In this document: positions 29,419 to 42,211 of the stretch, in pieces
How the letters are laid out: each line of letters begins with the position of its first letter
Position numbering within the stretch: position 1 is the stretch's first letter
Source: Nannocystis bainbridge
GTDB lineage: Bacteria > Myxococcota_A > Polyangia > Nannocystales > Nannocystaceae
Assembly: GCF_028368995.1 (NCBI RefSeq)
Contig: NZ_JAQNDL010000002.1
Span: 481,724-545,723 of the forward strand
Length of the DNA: 64,000 nucleotides
Direction of reading: 5' to 3'
Made by a program: the position numbers and the translations under genes
The notes under the pieces: model-generated
Seen by the model: the letters and a program-made list of their open reading frames with translations, nothing else
Databases searched by the model: none
What the model was told of the DNA's origin: nothing

Positions 29419-30447
29419 ATGACGGGGGTCGCACCTGCGGACGGTCTGCTGGCGCGGGCCCGGCGGATGGTGGCGCGCTCGCCGACGGCGGTGGCGCTGG
29501 CGGAGCAGGTCTATCGCTCGCCGCGGCTGCAGCGGACTCCCGTGTTCCGCCGCTTCGTCCACCAGCGCGTGGCGGGGGCCGAGGCGGCGGTGCAGGCCGG
29601 GGCGCCGCCGCTGCTGTGGCTCGAGACGGTCTCGCTGGGCAAAGGCCGCGGCGCGCGGTGCGACCCCAGCACGATGGCGGAGGTGATGGCGATGGACCTG
29701 TTCCGCCGCCTGGTCGACGAGGCGTCGGCGTGGGGCGTCGATTCGGTGGGCCTCAGCATCCACGGCGAGCCGATGATCGACGCGCGCTGGATCGAGCGGC
29801 TGCAGTACGTGCGCATGGCGGGGATGACGTACCGATTCTCCTCCGACGCGAGCATGCTGACGCCCGCGCTGGCGGCGACGATGCTCGAGCTCGGCGGCTG
29901 GGCGGAGGTCGAATTCAGCGTCCAAGGGCGCTCGAAGCCGGTCCACGAGGCCACGATGCCGCCGCGGCCGCGCGACCTCGTGCACGCCAACATCGAGCAG
30001 TTCCTGGCGCTGCGGCGGGCCCACGTGGGCGAGGTGCCGCAGGTGACGGTGTCGTGCGTGACGCTGGCCGAGGACGAGCTGCCCGAGTTCGTGCGCTACT
30101 GGCGGCCGCGCGTCGATCGGGTCAGGGCCGGCTGGCCCGGTGAGGCGCAGCAGACGGACCGGTCGGTGCCGGTGCGCGGGCACCTGCCGGTGGTGGATGA
30201 CGCGGGGCCGCAGATGCCGTGCCCGGCGCCGTGGCGCAAGATGTATGTGTACGCCGACGGGCGGGTGTCGCCGTGCAGCGAGGACGCGGCGCTGCGCGAG
30301 CTGATCCTCGGCGACGCGAATGCTCAGACGCTGCGCCAGATCTTCCACGGGCCCGCCTACGCGGGGTTGCGCGAGCGTCACCGCGAGGAGCGCCGTCACG
30401 AGCACCGGATCTGCGGCGGCTGTCACGTCAATCCGCCGTGGATCTGA
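29419..30447 (+). CDS. Radical-SAM-fold protein with C-terminal twitch/SPASM-type cysteine cluster but no canonical CX3CX2C motif
   Basis: 'SIHGEPMID' (GGEP SAM-binding motif). C-terminal 'CPAPWRKMYVYADGRVSPC...CGGCHV' (C-x17-C with G-x4-C, then CxxC). The expected CX3CX2C position reads 'LGKGRGARCDP' in all frames. Confidence 0.55.
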   Translation: MTGVAPADGLLARARRMVARSPTAVALAEQVYRSPRLQRTPVFRRFVHQRVAGAEAAVQAGAPPLLWLETVSLGKGRGARCDPSTMAEVMAMDLFRRLVDEASAWGVDSVGLSIHGEPMIDARWIERLQYVRMAGMTYRFSSDASMLTPALAATMLELGGWAEVEFSVQGRSKPVHEATMPPRPRDLVHANIEQFLALRRAHVGEVPQVTVSCVTLAEDELPEFVRYWRPRVDRVRAGWPGEAQQTDRSVPVRGHLPVVDDAGPQMPCPAPWRKMYVYADGRVSPCSEDAALRELILGDANAQTLRQIFHGPAYAGLRERHREERRHEHRICGGCHVNPPWI

Positions 30448-30619
30448 CTGCGCAATTTCATGGGACTCGCTTTGAGGTGAGGCGAAGCCGCGGGCGGCTC
30501 GGGTCATGTGATTTCGTGACGCGGCAGCGAGGCGTAAATCAGCAGCGCCGTGTACTCGCACGAGGGCGGCGCGGCAGGGTGAGGTCGGGCGCGGAATCGA
30601 GCTGCGGAGGCGGCTGTGG

Positions 30620-30665
30620 GGCGAAATTCGCGCCTTGACGGTGATATTGAAATTCGTTATCAAAT
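30620..30665. promoter_or_regulatory. AT-rich promoter-like element (TTGACG-N17-TATCAA) upstream of the methyltransferase gene
   Basis: 'cttgacggtgatattgaaattcgttatcaaataatc' is about 30% GC in a 70% GC background, 30-70 bp upstream of the ATG at 30693. Confidence 0.3.
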
Positions 30666-30692
30666 AATCATGCGCACGAAAGAAGTGGAAGC

Positions 30693-31391
30693 ATGAGCCA
30701 CGCAGCCTTCGACCTGCTCGACAGTCGGACCGCGCGCGTCCTCCAGCGGCTTCACGCCGAGGCGGACCGGCAGATGCCGCGGCTCCTATTACAGTACCTG
30801 CCGGTGCTGCCGCGGCTGCTCCTGGGTCAGCGGATCGATTTCAAGGACGAGCACCTCGGGTTTTACGCGGACAAGTTCATCGCCCTCGACCGCGATCAGG
30901 CGGCCTTCTGCTATTTGCAGGTGCGGGCGCTCCGGGCCCGTCAGGTCGTCGAATTCGGGACTTCGTTCGGGGTCTCGACGATCTGGCTGGCGGCCGCGGT
31001 CCGCGACAACGGCGGGGGCAAGGTGATCGGCACCGAGATGGTGCCGGCGAAGGCGCAGCGGGCCCGCGAGCACGTCGCGGAGGCGGGGCTCACGGAATAT
31101 GTCGAGATCCGCGAGGGCGACGCCAACGAGACGCTGCGGTCGATCGACGGCGAGGTCGATTTCTTCCTCAACGACGGGTTCCCGATGCTCGCGCTCGACA
31201 TCCTCAGGCTGGTCGCGCCGCACATTCGCCCGGGGGCGGTGGTCCTGACGGACAACGTCGGTCACTTTCGCGGCAACTACCGCGAATACCACGCCTACCT
31301 GCGAGACCCCCGGAACGGCTTCCAGACGATCACGATGCCGCTCCGCTCCGGGACCGAATATTCGGTGCGCACGGCCGAGGCCCCGCGCTGA
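30693..31391 (+). CDS. Class I SAM-dependent O-methyltransferase (caffeoyl-CoA OMT-like, family 3)
   Basis: Motif I 'VVEFGTSFGVSTIWLA', 'KVIGTEM', 'DFFLND'. Length and layout of cation-dependent OMTs. Confidence 0.7.
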   Translation: MSHAAFDLLDSRTARVLQRLHAEADRQMPRLLLQYLPVLPRLLLGQRIDFKDEHLGFYADKFIALDRDQAAFCYLQVRALRARQVVEFGTSFGVSTIWLAAAVRDNGGGKVIGTEMVPAKAQRAREHVAEAGLTEYVEIREGDANETLRSIDGEVDFFLNDGFPMLALDILRLVAPHIRPGAVVLTDNVGHFRGNYREYHAYLRDPRNGFQTITMPLRSGTEYSVRTAEAPR

Positions 31392-31504
31392 GCGGGCGAT
31401 CGGGCGCGCGCCCGCGAGGCCGAAGTCCTCGCGGTGTGGTGAATGCCGGATCGGAGGGTGGAGCGATCGGCGGAGGTGGGCGGCGTCGTTCGCCGGCCGC
31501 GTGA

Positions 31505-32770
31505 TCAGGTGCCGGAGCGCCAGCCGGCGAGGTAGTCGCGCTGCGCGTCGCTCAGGACGTCGAACTCGACCCCGAGCGCGCGCAGCTTGAGGCGCGCGAC
31601 CTGTTCGTCGAGCGCGTGCGGGAGGGTGTGCACGTCGGGGGCGAGCGCGCGGCCGGACTGCAGCACGTACTCGGCGGCGAGCGCCTGGTCGGCGAAGCTG
31701 AGGTCCATGACCGCGGCGGGGTGGCCCTCGGCGGCGGCGAGGTTGACGAGGCGGCCCTCGGCGAGCAGGTAGATCCGGCGGCCGTCGGGGCGCACGAATT
31801 CGTCGAGGGACGGGCGGATCCGCCGCTGCTGTGGGGCCGCGGCGGCCAGCGCGGCGAGGTCGATCTCGACGTCGAAGTGGCCGGCGTTGGCGATCACGGC
31901 GCCGTCCTTCATGGCCGCGAACTCGGGGCCGCCGATGACGTCGCGGTTGCCGGTGACGGTGCAGAAGATGTCGCCGACGGCGGCAGCGTGGGCGATCGGC
32001 AGCACCTGGAAGCCGTCCATGGTCGCCTCGAGCGCGCGCAGCGGGTCGACCTCGGTGACGATGACGCGCGCGCCCATGCCGGCGGCGCGCGCAGCCAGGC
32101 CGCGGCCGCACCAGCCGTAGCCGCAGACGACGAAGCAGGCGCCGGCGAGCAGGCGGTTGGTGGCGCGCAGGATGCCGTCGATGGTGCTCTGGCCGGTGCC
32201 GTGGCGGTTGTCGAACATGTGCTTGGTGGCGGCGTCGTTGACGGCGATCACGGGGTAGCGCAGGGCGCCGTCGCGGGCCATCGCGCGCAGGCGGGTGACG
32301 CCGCTGGTGGTCTCCTCGGTGCCGCCGACGATGGCGTCGCCGAGCGCGGCGTGGCGGGTGTGCACGAGCGTGGCGAGGTCGGCTCCGTCGTCCATGACGA
32401 GCTGCGGCCGGTGGGCCAGCGCCGCGGCCAGGTGCGCGAAGTAGGTCGGGCGATCCTCGCCGGCGCGGGCGTAGACGGCGATGCCGTCGTCGAGCGCGAG
32501 CGAGGCGGCGACGTCGTCCTGGGTGCTGAGCGGGTTGCTGGCGCACAGGCGCAGGTCGGCGCCGCCGGCCTGGAGGGTGCGCACGAGCGCGGCGGTCTCG
32601 GCGGTGACGTGTAGGCAGGCCGCGACGCGCACGCCCGCGAGCGGGCGCTCGCGGGCGAACCGCTCGCGCACGGCGGCGAGCACGGGCATGGCCCGCTCGG
32701 CCCAGTCGATCTTGTCACGCCCACGCGGGGCCAGGGTGTCGTCGCTGATGTCTCTCGTGGTGGTCGTCAT
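31505..32770 (-). CDS. ahcY: Adenosylhomocysteinase (S-adenosyl-L-homocysteine hydrolase)
   Basis: Strongly conserved AdoHcyase motifs 'HMFDNRHGTGQS', 'CGYGWCGRG', 'VTEVDP', 'VNLAAAEGHPAAVMDLSFA'. 421 aa. Confidence 0.85.
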   Translation of the reverse strand: MTTTTRDISDDTLAPRGRDKIDWAERAMPVLAAVRERFARERPLAGVRVAACLHVTAETAALVRTLQAGGADLRLCASNPLSTQDDVAASLALDDGIAVYARAGEDRPTYFAHLAAALAHRPQLVMDDGADLATLVHTRHAALGDAIVGGTEETTSGVTRLRAMARDGALRYPVIAVNDAATKHMFDNRHGTGQSTIDGILRATNRLLAGACFVVCGYGWCGRGLAARAAGMGARVIVTEVDPLRALEATMDGFQVLPIAHAAAVGDIFCTVTGNRDVIGGPEFAAMKDGAVIANAGHFDVEIDLAALAAAAPQQRRIRPSLDEFVRPDGRRIYLLAEGRLVNLAAAEGHPAAVMDLSFADQALAAEYVLQSGRALAPDVHTLPHALDEQVARLKLRALGVEFDVLSDAQRDYLAGWRSGT

Positions 32771-32872
32771 GTCCCGGTCCCCGCGGTGCGCGGGGCCTCC
32801 TGCCAGCGAAGATGCGGGAGGGCGATGCATCAGTCACGTTCGGGTTTTTTCGAGATGGTATAAGTCGAGCTA

Positions 32873-33805
32873 ATGCTGCCGGACTTCAACCGCCTGCGGG
32901 TGTTCTTCCACGTCCACGAGGCACGCAGCGTCAGCGCGGCCGCGGCGGCGCTGCACGTGACGCAGTCGGCGGTGAGCCAGAGCCTGGCCAAGCTCGAGGA
33001 CGAGCTGAAGGCGCAGCTGTTCGTCCGCCGCCACCGCGCGATCGTGCCGACGGCGGCAGGCGAGGCGCTGTTCGCCGTGGTCGCGCCGTTCGTCGCGGGG
33101 CTGCAGGAGGGGGTCGGGCAGATCCACCGGGCGCGCCACGAGCTGGCAGGGACGCTGCAGATCGGGGCGCCGGTGGAGTTCGGGTCGCATCGGCTGCCGG
33201 AGGTGCTGGCGAGGTTCGCCCGCGCACACCCGGGGGCGCGCTTCTCGCTGCGCCTGGGCCACCCGTCGGAGATCGTGCCGCTGCTCGAGGAGGGCCGGCT
33301 CGACCTGGGTTTCGCGGACTTGTTCGAAGGGACAGGCGCTTCGGAGCGCCGACTGGCGGGCTTCGAGGTGGCGGAGGTGATGGAGGAGGCGCTGGTGCTG
33401 GTGGCGAGCGCGGAGGTCGAGGCGGCGGCGCTGCAGGGCAGCGGGGCGTTCACAAAGTTGTCGCGGCTGCGCTTCGTCGACTACCACCCGAGCGCGCCGG
33501 CGGTGCGCGGGTGGTTCCGCCACCACTTCGGGCGGGTGCCGCCGCGGCTCGAGCCGACGCTGGCGGTGGAGAGCGTGCAGGCGGTGATCGCCGCGACGAG
33601 CCACGGGATGGGCTTCGGGGTGGTGCCGGCCCACACGGTGGCGCGGGCGCTGGCAGAGGGCGAGCTGGTGGCAGTGACGACGCGCAAGCGAGCGCTGACG
33701 AACCGGATCTCGCTGGTCCGCCTGCTCGACCGGGTGCCGAGCCGATTGGAGCGGACGTTCGTGGCGTTCGTGACGCAGGCGCTCGGGAAGCGCGCGGCGG
33801 GGTGA
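32873..33805 (+). CDS. LysR-family transcriptional regulator (divergent from ahcY)
   Basis: HTH 'LHVTQSAVSQSLAKLEDELKAQLFVR' plus LysR substrate-binding domain. Confidence 0.8.
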   Translation: MLPDFNRLRVFFHVHEARSVSAAAAALHVTQSAVSQSLAKLEDELKAQLFVRRHRAIVPTAAGEALFAVVAPFVAGLQEGVGQIHRARHELAGTLQIGAPVEFGSHRLPEVLARFARAHPGARFSLRLGHPSEIVPLLEEGRLDLGFADLFEGTGASERRLAGFEVAEVMEEALVLVASAEVEAAALQGSGAFTKLSRLRFVDYHPSAPAVRGWFRHHFGRVPPRLEPTLAVESVQAVIAATSHGMGFGVVPAHTVARALAEGELVAVTTRKRALTNRISLVRLLDRVPSRLERTFVAFVTQALGKRAAG

Positions 33806-33965
33806 GGCGGAGTCATGCATGACTCGATCGGGACGAGGCGGAGGATGAGCCCGATCGGAATGCGGATGCTCGACCGGCCGAAGATTCGAGATGTCTCTCG
33901 GGTCATGTCGGCCGGTTGCCGTGAGCACAGGACGAATCAGGAGCGCTGGGCTATGCTCGCCGCGC

Positions 33966-34538
33966 ATGCTCGGTGCTCGGATCGATCTCGAGGGGCTGCG
34001 GACCGGTGGGCCGCGGCAGCAGCGGGCGTACGCGGTGCTGCGGTCGCTGGCGATCTTCGAGCGGCTGGCGGCGTTTCGCCCGGCGCTGGCGGGCACGTTG
34101 CCGCTGCCGATCCATACCGAGGCGAGCGACCTCGACGTGCTGTGCGAGGTGCACGATCCGGGGGCGTTCGTGGCCGCGTGCTCGGTCTACGCGGCGTGGC
34201 CCGGGTTCAAGACATCGCAAGCCGAAGTGCGCGGGGTGTCGTCGACGATCGTGCGCTTCACGGCCGAGGAGTTCCCGGTCGAGCTGTTCGGGCAGCCGCA
34301 GCCGGTGGCGCAGCAGCACGGCTGGCGTCACCTGCAGGTCGAGGCGCGGGTGTTGGCGCTGGCGGGTGAGGCGGCGGTAGCGACGATCACGCGATGGAAG
34401 CGCGAGGGCATGAAGACCGAGCCGGCGTTCGCGCGGTGGTTGCAGCTGCCCGGCGACGATCCGTACCTGGCCGTGCTCGCGCTCGAGGGGCTCGACGACG
34501 AGGCGCTGCGGCGGCTGGTGGCGCGGGCCGGGCGGTGA
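33966..34538 (+). CDS. Hypothetical protein (DUF4269-like)
   Basis: 190-aa ORF with coding GC3. No catalytic motif recognised. Confidence 0.45.
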   Translation: MLGARIDLEGLRTGGPRQQRAYAVLRSLAIFERLAAFRPALAGTLPLPIHTEASDLDVLCEVHDPGAFVAACSVYAAWPGFKTSQAEVRGVSSTIVRFTAEEFPVELFGQPQPVAQQHGWRHLQVEARVLALAGEAAVATITRWKREGMKTEPAFARWLQLPGDDPYLAVLALEGLDDEALRRLVARAGR

Positions 34539-34802
34539 GCCGCGGCTGATCGGGTCGCGGTCCCCGCGGGTGTGTCGCAATGCCTCCGTCGGCGGGGAGG
34601 TCACGCGTCGCAATCAGCGCGCGTGGCTGCGGTCGAGCTCGCTCGGCGCCGCGCGGGCGCCCTGCTGGCGGCCTCGGCGGCGGTTTGTCGCCGGCGCGGC
34701 GAAACCAGGGCGCGGGTCGCTTGCCGAGGGCGGTGGTCGTCGACAGATAGGAAGAGCACGGTTCGCCTGGCGAGCCGGCGAATCCGAAGGAGATCCAGCT
34801 TC

Positions 34803-35006
34803 ATGACGCAGCCCCTCAAAGTCCCGGTAGGCACGCGAGTCACGACCCCTTCAGGCGAGGAGGGCGACATCATCGAGGCGCTCGGGCGCGACGGCACGGC
34901 GCCGTACCGGGTGAAGTACGCGGACGGGCGCGAGTTCGTGTGGACGCCGCCGCCGGACTACGCCCTCGGCGACGAGCCGGCCCCGGAGAACGCGCCGCTG
35001 CCCTAG
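34803..35006 (+). CDS. Small hypothetical protein (DUF1918-like, 67 aa)
   Basis: 'VTTPSGEEGDIIEALGRDGTAPYRVKYADGREFVW' resembles the small beta-barrel DUF1918 family. Confidence 0.45.
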   Translation: MTQPLKVPVGTRVTTPSGEEGDIIEALGRDGTAPYRVKYADGREFVWTPPPDYALGDEPAPENAPLP

Positions 35007-35014
35007 ACGCCGTC

Positions 35015-35100
35015 TGTCTCGTGAGACATGCATGAAGGGACATGTCCTCGGGTTTATGCGCATAAGCGCAGGTACGAAGGGACATGTCCTCGGGTTCATG
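35015..35100. repeat. CATG-core palindrome cluster with a duplicated 'GAAGGGACATGTCCTCGGGTT' unit flanking a TTTATGCGCATAA palindrome
   Basis: GACATGCATG, GGGACATGTCC x2. Starts 9 bp after the stop of the 34803 gene. Confidence 0.8.
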
Positions 35101-35220
35101 TGCCGGGGTACAGGCGCTGACCTCGGCGGGCAGCCACGGCGCGGGCCGCTAGTTCGGCCCAGCGGACGGCTTCTCGAACACCACGGCGCCTTCTTTGACG
35201 ACCCGCGACCACGTTGTGGG

Positions 35221-36525
35221 CTAGTTCGGCCCGGCGGACGGCTTCTCGAACACCACGGCGCCTTCTTTGACCACCGCGACCACGTTGTGGATGTGCTCGA
35301 TCTGCGACAGGTCGCCGTCGATCACCACGAAATCGGCCAGGAACTCGGGGCGGATCGCGCCGATGCGGTCGTCGGCTCGCAGCAGCTTGGCGGCGTCGGT
35401 GGTGGCGGTGGCGAGCGCCTCCATCGGCGTCATGCCGACGTCGTGGACGAACACGTCGAGCTCGCGGGTGCTCTCGCTGAAGGCGGTGTAGACGGCGTCG
35501 GAGCCCATGACGATGGTGACGCCGGCGGCGTGGGCGGCCCGGGCGGTGGCGACGTTGTCGGCGATGAATGCGTCGAAGGCGGCCCGCTTGTCGGGGGAGA
35601 AGCCGAAGCGCTCGATGTTGTCGCGGTAGTAGCGGTTGTGATGGATGGTCGGCACGTAGGCGACGCCGCGCTCGCGCATGGCGGCGAGGGTCTCGGGCGA
35701 GAGCGTGCGCGGGTGCTCGACGCTGTCGGCGCCGGCGCGCACGATGTCGGGGGTGACGGTGCCGAGGGTGTCGTGCACGGCGACGGGGATGCCGTGGGCG
35801 TGGGCGATGTCGACGGCGGTCTTGATCTCGTCGAAGGAGTAGGTGCGCTCGCCGGTGAGGTCGTCGTCGCTGCCGGTCGAGGCCCACAGCTTGACGACCT
35901 TGACGCCGGCGGCGATCTCCCGCCGCACGGTGGCGGCGACCTGCTCGGTGCCGTCGGCCTGGCCGGGGCGTGTCGACTCCGTGGGCGTGAGCCGCGACGA
36001 CCACACGCCATCGGCGGCGCCGAAGATCCGCGGGCCGACGAGCTCGCCGGCCTCGATGCGCGCGGCGGTCTCGAGGTCGAGGTGATTGTCGGAGCCGAGG
36101 TCGCGGATGGTGGTGACGCCGAGCGAGAGCAGGGTGCGGCCGTTGGCCTCGACCAGCGGGACGAGGCGGTCCTTGGGCTGGGAGATCTGGAACGGGTCGT
36201 TCGGGGCGCGCTCGCCCCACGCGGGATCCCAGCAGAAGGTGATGTGCGTGTGGGCGTCGATGAGGCCGGGGATCGCGGTGTAGCGGCCGTGGTCGACGAC
36301 GCGGGCGCCGGCCGGCAGCGGCTCGCCGGCCGCGAGCACGCTGTGGAAGCGCTTGCCCTCGACGACGACGGCGCCGCCCTCGACGACCTGGTGCGGGGCG
36401 GTGACGACGCGCGCGAACTTGTAGACGGTGAGGCTGGAGGCGGGGATGTCCGCAGGGACAGGTCGGTCGGGGACCGCCTGCTCGGGCTTGCAGCCGAGGC
36501 CGGTCGCGGCGAGGAGGCCGAGCAT
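35221..36525 (-). CDS. Amidohydrolase-family metal-dependent hydrolase, lipoprotein
   Basis: 'GLIDAHTHI' metal-binding HxH motif, 'DAVYTAF', 'VAVHD'. 'MLGLLAATGLGCK' lipobox. Confidence 0.7.
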   Translation of the reverse strand: MLGLLAATGLGCKPEQAVPDRPVPADIPASSLTVYKFARVVTAPHQVVEGGAVVVEGKRFHSVLAAGEPLPAGARVVDHGRYTAIPGLIDAHTHITFCWDPAWGERAPNDPFQISQPKDRLVPLVEANGRTLLSLGVTTIRDLGSDNHLDLETAARIEAGELVGPRIFGAADGVWSSRLTPTESTRPGQADGTEQVAATVRREIAAGVKVVKLWASTGSDDDLTGERTYSFDEIKTAVDIAHAHGIPVAVHDTLGTVTPDIVRAGADSVEHPRTLSPETLAAMRERGVAYVPTIHHNRYYRDNIERFGFSPDKRAAFDAFIADNVATARAAHAAGVTIVMGSDAVYTAFSESTRELDVFVHDVGMTPMEALATATTDAAKLLRADDRIGAIRPEFLADFVVIDGDLSQIEHIHNVVAVVKEGAVVFEKPSAGPN

Positions 36526-36817
36526 GGCCCACGCGCGCGGCCGCGCGTACTCGCGGGGCCGACCGCCGGCGCTGTCCGGGGGCCGCAGACGACCACGCAA
36601 GACCATGCCCGGCCGAGGATGCCGGAGGCGCCCCGGGTTGTCGAGGCGACGTCGACGCGCGCCAGGCCCAGGGAGCGCCGGTCCCAGGGTCGCAGGGAGT
36701 GGGCGCAGGCATCACGGGCGCGAGGCTGGGAGGCGCGAGGGCGCGGGCGTCACCCGCGGGGCGGATGCAGGACAGAGGGATCGGGCATCACCGGCGCGAG
36801 GAGCGTGGACGCGGGCA

Positions 36818-37983
36818 TCACATGCGCGGGGCCGGGACGCGCAGGACGAAGGTCGAGCCGCGCCCGGGGGCGCTGGTGACTTCGATGTCGCCGCCGAGCA
36901 GGCGGGCGAACCGATGGGCCAGCGCGAGGCTGACGCCGCTGCCTTCGTGGGAGCGCGTGGGCCCGTCGTCGAGCGGCTGGAAGGCGACGAACAGGCGCGG
37001 CAGGTCGGCGGCCGCGATGCCGACGCCGGTGTCGGCGACCCGCAGCTCGAGCCACGGGAGGTCGTGCACGGCGATCGCGGCGAGGCGGACCTCGACGCGG
37101 CCGCGGTCGGTGAAGCGGACCGCGTTGTCGACGAGGGTGTGCACACAGTGGGCGAGCATCGCGGGATCGGTCAGGCAGACGAAGGCCGTCGGCAAGGGCG
37201 CGAGCGTGAGCGCGTCGCCGCGCGCGCGGGCCTCGAGCTCGCAGTGGGCCACGGCCTCGCGCACCAGCGTTGCGACGTCGACGGGGACGCGCGCGGGCTG
37301 GACGACGTCGGCCTCGACGCGCGACAGCTCGAGGATATGCGTCAGCGTGCGGACCAGGCGCGCGGCGGCCCGCCGGATTCGCTCGGTGTCGCCGTCGATC
37401 GCCGCCAGGTCGCCCTCGGCCGCCGACTCGCGGATCAGCTCGGCGTAGCCGACCACGGCGTTGAGCGGGGTCCGCAGCTCGTGGCTCATGTTGAGAAGGA
37501 AGCGGGTCTTGAGCCGATCGGCGCGCACGGCCGCGTCGCGGGCGCGGGCCAGGTCCTCGTAGAGGCGGGCGTTGTCGATCGAGGTGGCGATCTGGGCGGC
37601 GAGGTGGCGCAGCAGCGCGAGCCGGCCGCTGCCGAAGGTGTGCGGGGCGAGGTCGTTGTCGAGGTAGAGGACGCCGAGCAGCTCGCCGTGGCCGAGGATC
37701 GGCGCGCACAGGACCGAGCGCACGCCGGCCAATGCGGGGTCGCCGGCGAAGTCGTGGTCGACGGCGACGTCGCCGAGGACGACGTCGCGGCGGGTGCGAG
37801 CGACGAAGTGGACCAGCGACTGCGGTAGACCTGGCTCTTCGGACATGGCCCGAGATTGCAAGACGTCGAGCCGCTCGCGGGCGACGTCGGCGGCGGCGGC
37901 GATCTGCAGGCCGCCGTCGCCGTTCAGCAGGACGAAGCAGCGGCGGGCGCCGGCGACCTCGAGCACGGTGCGGACGAGCGCGC

Positions 37984-37990
<7 letters not shown>
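36818..37990 (-). CDS. GAF-histidine kinase (HisKA+HATPase_c) module; C-terminal fragment of the frameshifted giant kinase gene
   Basis: GAF-like 'CAPILGHGELLGVLYLDN'. H-box 'NMSHELRTPLNAV'. G-boxes 'DTGVGI', 'GSGVSLAL'. Frame differs by 1 from the upstream fragment. Confidence 0.6.
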
Positions 37991-41861
<3,871 letters not shown>

Positions 41862-42149
41862 GTGGGGCCCAGTGTGCCTTGCCGCGCGGGCGACAGACAC
41901 TGCGACGTGAGGGCTCGCTTCCGCGCCGACGCTGCGGCGGCGCGAGCGACCTCCGGCGGCGCCGCCCCGGTCGCCTCGCAGCGCCGATGCGGCGCCCGGG
42001 GTCGGGCGCGGGCGGCGGGATCACGGGCGCGTCGTGAGGCTCGTCGCGCGGCGCCGCCGTCGGTGACGTCGTGGCGCGCGAGCCGGCGATCTCTGTGCGG
42101 CGACTGGACCTCGCGTCCGGCGGGGCGGAGCGCTGCTGTCCCGGGGAGC

Positions 42150-42197
42150 ATGACTTTTCAGTCATGTTCGCGGGGACATGTCCTTTGCAGCTTCTCG
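42150..42197. repeat. CATG-core palindrome cluster
   Basis: GCATGAC, GTCATGTTC, GGGGACATGTCC immediately downstream of the stop of the vWA gene (minus strand). Confidence 0.7.
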
Positions 42198-42211
42198 CAG
42201 GTGGGTGCGGC

